DNA of 63,129 bases, the filler included, from Perkinsus chesapeaki ATCC PRA-425 (lineage: Eukaryota > Protista > Perkinsozoa), in assembly GCA_013115145.1 (NCBI GenBank). It is 13 parts of 13 records of this genome, joined end to end, with 100 filler letters (N's around TTAATTAATTAA, not from the genome) between each part and the next. Parts side by side here need not be neighbours in the genome. Positions count along the whole stretch, not along the records: positions 57,749 to 61,732 come from JAAPAO010001331.1; positions 61,833 to 63,129 come from JAAPAO010002050.1; 11 more parts are not named here. One strand, written 5' to 3'. Positions 59,838 through 63,129 of this stretch are shown one piece after another; position 1 is the stretch's first letter, and each line of letters begins with the position of its first letter. The notes under the pieces are model-generated. The model saw only the letters and a list, made by a program, of their open reading frames with translations. It ran no database searches and was not told the DNA's origin. The position numbers and the translations under genes are program-made.

Positions 59838-61732
59838 TTGTATTTCACCACAGTTCGTGTTGATACGCTCATGCTTATGAATCACCAACAGAGAGTTTCC
59901 TGCGATGAAATTGTACGTGACATCCAGAGAGGATCTGGTGCTTCCGGCAGGCACCACTTCATCACGGGATTAGCCGGCGCCGGGAAAACAACCCTCCTCC
60001 GAGAGGCGGTATCGAGACTGCGTGTGGAAGGCTTTGACGCCCATGTAATATCGGCAACGGGCTTAGCTGCCAACATCGCAGATGGTACGACTCTCATGGG
60101 CTTCTTTGGCTTGGAATTTGACACCTCTAACCAGCAGCCCTTTGACAACTCTTATATGCGAGATGCTAACGAACTAGCGAATCGCATGGAAGCAGGCCTA
60201 CGTCGAAAGAAGCGCCTGAGCATATTCAAAGAGGAAAGGCCAACAGTTTTGGCTTTTGACGAAGTTGTGACGTTACATAATACTGTTCTTGAGGGCATTG
60301 ACATCCTTCTGCGGAAGGTCAGGAAAACACAAATCGTTTTCGGTGGTGTCCCTTGCATATTTTGTGGAGACGTCCTACAGCTACGCGGTGCTGAACCATC
60401 CCGTCATGGTACGTTCGGTGGGCTACCTGTACTTCCTGTGTGGGAGTCAGCTGTGTGGAAGAAGCTTGACTTGAGGACCTATTATTTGACCTCATTTCTA
60501 CGTGGATGCCGCGAAGTGCCTGGGAGCAGACCCGGATCACGCGGGAGACGGCCTCGGCCATACGCCGGAGATGGGACTGATACGGACTACCTCAACTTGT
60601 TGGCTGAAATGAGGATCATGGACGGGAATGGATCGCTGTCCGAAAGGTCAGCCGAGCTGGTTTCTAAGCTACAGGACCGAGAAGGAGAGCACGAGGCAGG
60701 ATGGACTGCTCTTTGCATCTACAGGAGCCGCGCCCACGCTATCAATGATAAGCATTTAGCATCAATAGCCGAGCCGATCCGAACATTCCAGGCTTGCGAG
60801 TCACTCTACGGAGACCTCGATGAATTCAACGACAATTTCACAGTGAAGAGAGAAGTCAAACTAAAGAAGGGATGCAGAGCCTTAGTGAACACGAACATTC
60901 CGGGAACAGCTTTCAATGGCGATTTTGGAGATGTGATCGACTTCGTCAATGCCGAGTCCCATGTCTCGATCATACCAGAGGACCCAAGAGAATACCCGGG
61001 TGTCAAACTTCGCTTGGATCGTACCAACGAGGTAGTAGAGATCTGTCCCTTACGTCAAGAAGTTAAAGATGCCGATGGAAAGCTCCTGTTCCAGCGTACC
61101 AACCTACCTCTGGAACTGGGCGCGGCAGTGACCTGCCATAAGGTCATTGGTTGCACACTAGGATGTGTAGTTATCGACCTGGCTAAGGGTGATCCGTTGC
61201 CAAGACAAGCTAGATCCATTCACAAAGATTTAGCAGTCACCATGAGCGAGCCCTGGTTGCATGGGTGCCTATACACAATGATGACACGAGTAGCATCTTC
61301 AAACTGCATCTACCTCAAGTATGTTGGCACTAAGCAATTCCCTTCCAAAGTATGGTATTCTCCGTCTGGCAGAGTGTTTGATGATCTATGTAAGCAGCAA
61401 GACAGACTTCAATCGCTTGCGGATGGGCAAGAAGCCTTCCCACCTCGAGTATCCACGCCATGTGAAGGGCAAGAATCCAGAGCTCGTAGTGAGGAGCATG
61501 GTGGTAACTTGGTAGATATATTGAGGTTTATGAGATCTGAAATGAGACGGCAAACTGAGCACCTGACTACGATGGTGCGCGAAATAACCGTCAATGTCAT
61601 GGTGAACGCCTCACAGGCCGGGATGCTGGGTGGAATCGAAGCAGCATCTGGGGGTACATCCGAGTATTATCACCTGCAGCGGGCAAGAGTTGATGCATTA
61701 CTAGCCATGGCTACAGAAAGGCATAGCAATTT
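59838..61732 (+). CDS. PIF1-family (SF1B) DNA helicase, intronless, 3' truncated
   Basis: ITGLAGAGKT (I), SATGLAA (Ia), AFDEV (II), FGGVPCIFCGDVLQL (III), LELGAAVTCHKVIG (V) and LYTMMTRV (VI). Confidence 0.9.
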
Positions 61733-61847
61733 NNNNNNNNNNNNNNNNNNNNNNNNNNNNNNNNNNNNNNNNNNNNTTAATTAATTAANNNNNNNNNNNN
61801 NNNNNNNNNNNNNNNNNNNNNNNNNNNNNNNNGTCGATCCAGTTACT

Positions 61848-62875
61848 TTGCAACCGGTGGATAACCGAAATGCTGAATTCGTGCTGATCTCGCAGGATGA
61901 AAAAATTTTCCACAGCAATGACCAGCAGAGGCAGTACTGGAGTGATGGTCACAACACAGTTCTCCCGAAGAAGTCTCGAGGACGAACTGTGATGACATCG
62001 GACTTTCTTTCCGAGATCTATGGATTCATCAAGTTTCCGAAATGTCTGCCGAGACTCCAGGGCAAAGGGTTGGATCAGTGTTGGACGTTAGCGCTGACGG
62101 GTACTACAATAGCGATCGGTGCTTGTCAGATTTCGCTCAGTGCAGCAGGGCGGTAAGCAGCCTCTCTGAGGGGAAATATCATTGCGTTTTCCTTACCGAC
62201 AGAAGCCCCATTCACTGCAAACTTGCCGAAGGTGCGTTGAATGTGAGGGTGAAGAACGTGAAGCCGGGCGGCAAACAGCCAAAGATGAGGGATGGGTGGT
62301 TTTGGGAAGATGGCAGGAAGCATGTGCAGAAGGTGGTCTTCCCGCCCAACCATCAAGAGTTTCCCGGGCAGCCGAAGGAACTGCGACAAGTATACAGGGA
62401 GAGGTTTGGTGAGGACGCTGTGGCAGGTCTCAAACACGGGGGGCTTCTTGAGCTTTTGAGTGGATGTGATGATTTCAAGTCGCAGCGAACCTTGCTGCAA
62501 GACGAAGCTGAGGAACGTGGAGATAAGGTCATATTTGGAGTTAAGTTCCATCCGGAACTGGCTCCGATTGAGGCTGCTTACCGGACTGCGGCTAAAGCCT
62601 TGCAAGTTGCTACCTCGGCAGGGAGCTCAGCCGGGTTCAAGGAGAGGGTGATTGCAAGTCAAAACCTGGCTGAACTCACCTTGTCCTTGGTTCGCAAGCA
62701 TTTCCGCTCTGCTCGAGAACATCTCAAGCTTTACTCGGAGGATAAATCGCTCGAACAGATAGAGCAGCACCGTAAAGTCAAAGGGAAGCATCGGGGAGAA
62801 GCTCCGCAACTTGGGCATGAAGGAGATGGACCACAGCCGGGGAAGCCCGGCAAATATGAACGCAAGCGGCTGTAA
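61848..62875 (+). pseudogene. IS630/Tc1-like DDE transposase, frameshifted near 62040, 5' truncated
   Basis: SQDEKIFHSND, KKSRGRTVMTSDF, DGYYNSD, LTDRSPIH, KPGGKQPKMRDGW and KFHPELAPIE. Confidence 0.8.
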
Positions 62876-63129
62876 CTCGGACTCTGAAATTATATTCTCT
62901 AGTGTTTCAAGTTGTAGGCTACAACTCGTGCGTAATTTTGTTACTTGACGGGCGAGTTGTCTGCTACTGACAGATATGCTGTATCATATACTCATTACGT
63001 ATACAAATGCTTCCATTCAGACGCAAGATTCGGTCATGTAGGCCGCGTGACAGTTGTGACTGTTGATTTGTGTAGGTCAAAAATTTTGCTCGCCCGTTTT
63101 TTGTGAACCGGTCGCGTCCGGTAGCTCAA

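Noticed and set aside
3596-61832. Regularly recurring TTAATTAATTAA and apparent gene neighbourhoods across it
   Set aside because: Assembly linker inside N blocks. It is not a biological repeat, and no operon or cluster inference across linkers is valid.

Overview
Eukaryotic protist DNA, most likely Perkinsus. This is inferred from a near-perfect Perkinsus-type 22-nt spliced leader (SL), very short GT-AG introns and Perkinsus-like orphan secreted proteins. The window is not one locus. Twelve 100-nt N blocks with a central TTAATTAATTAA six-frame-stop linker join about 13 separate contigs (about 1-3595, 3696-10041, 10142-17181, 17282-31233, 31334-32437, 32538-44303, 44404-45994, 46095-47468, 47569-52374, 52475-56259, 56360-57648, 57749-61732, 61833-63129), so adjacency across linkers is meaningless. 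Host genes: a truncated (2/2) globin, a CorA 3' exon, an AT-rich block with a multi-exon PSTAIRE CDK, a POT/PTR peptide transporter and a TTLL glutamylase, a POT1-like OB-fold gene with an intronic tRNA-Thr(AGT), and a KDSR-like SDR. Mobile DNA: two APE-RT-RNaseH LINEs (one apparently intact), a decayed LTR retrotransposon, DIRS/Ngaro-like gag and tyrosine recombinase pieces, a MULE, a Tc1-type MITE, an IS630/Tc1-like transposase and a PIF1 helicase. Top candidate: the 190-bp 3' LTR of the LTR retrotransposon (26483-26672, minus) contains a full-length SL (21/22 match) about 34 nt downstream of a TATA-like box, near the expected U3/R boundary. This suggests a retrotransposon that carries or captured the host trans-splicing leader. 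The LTR sits in a TTLL intron and points into the gene.
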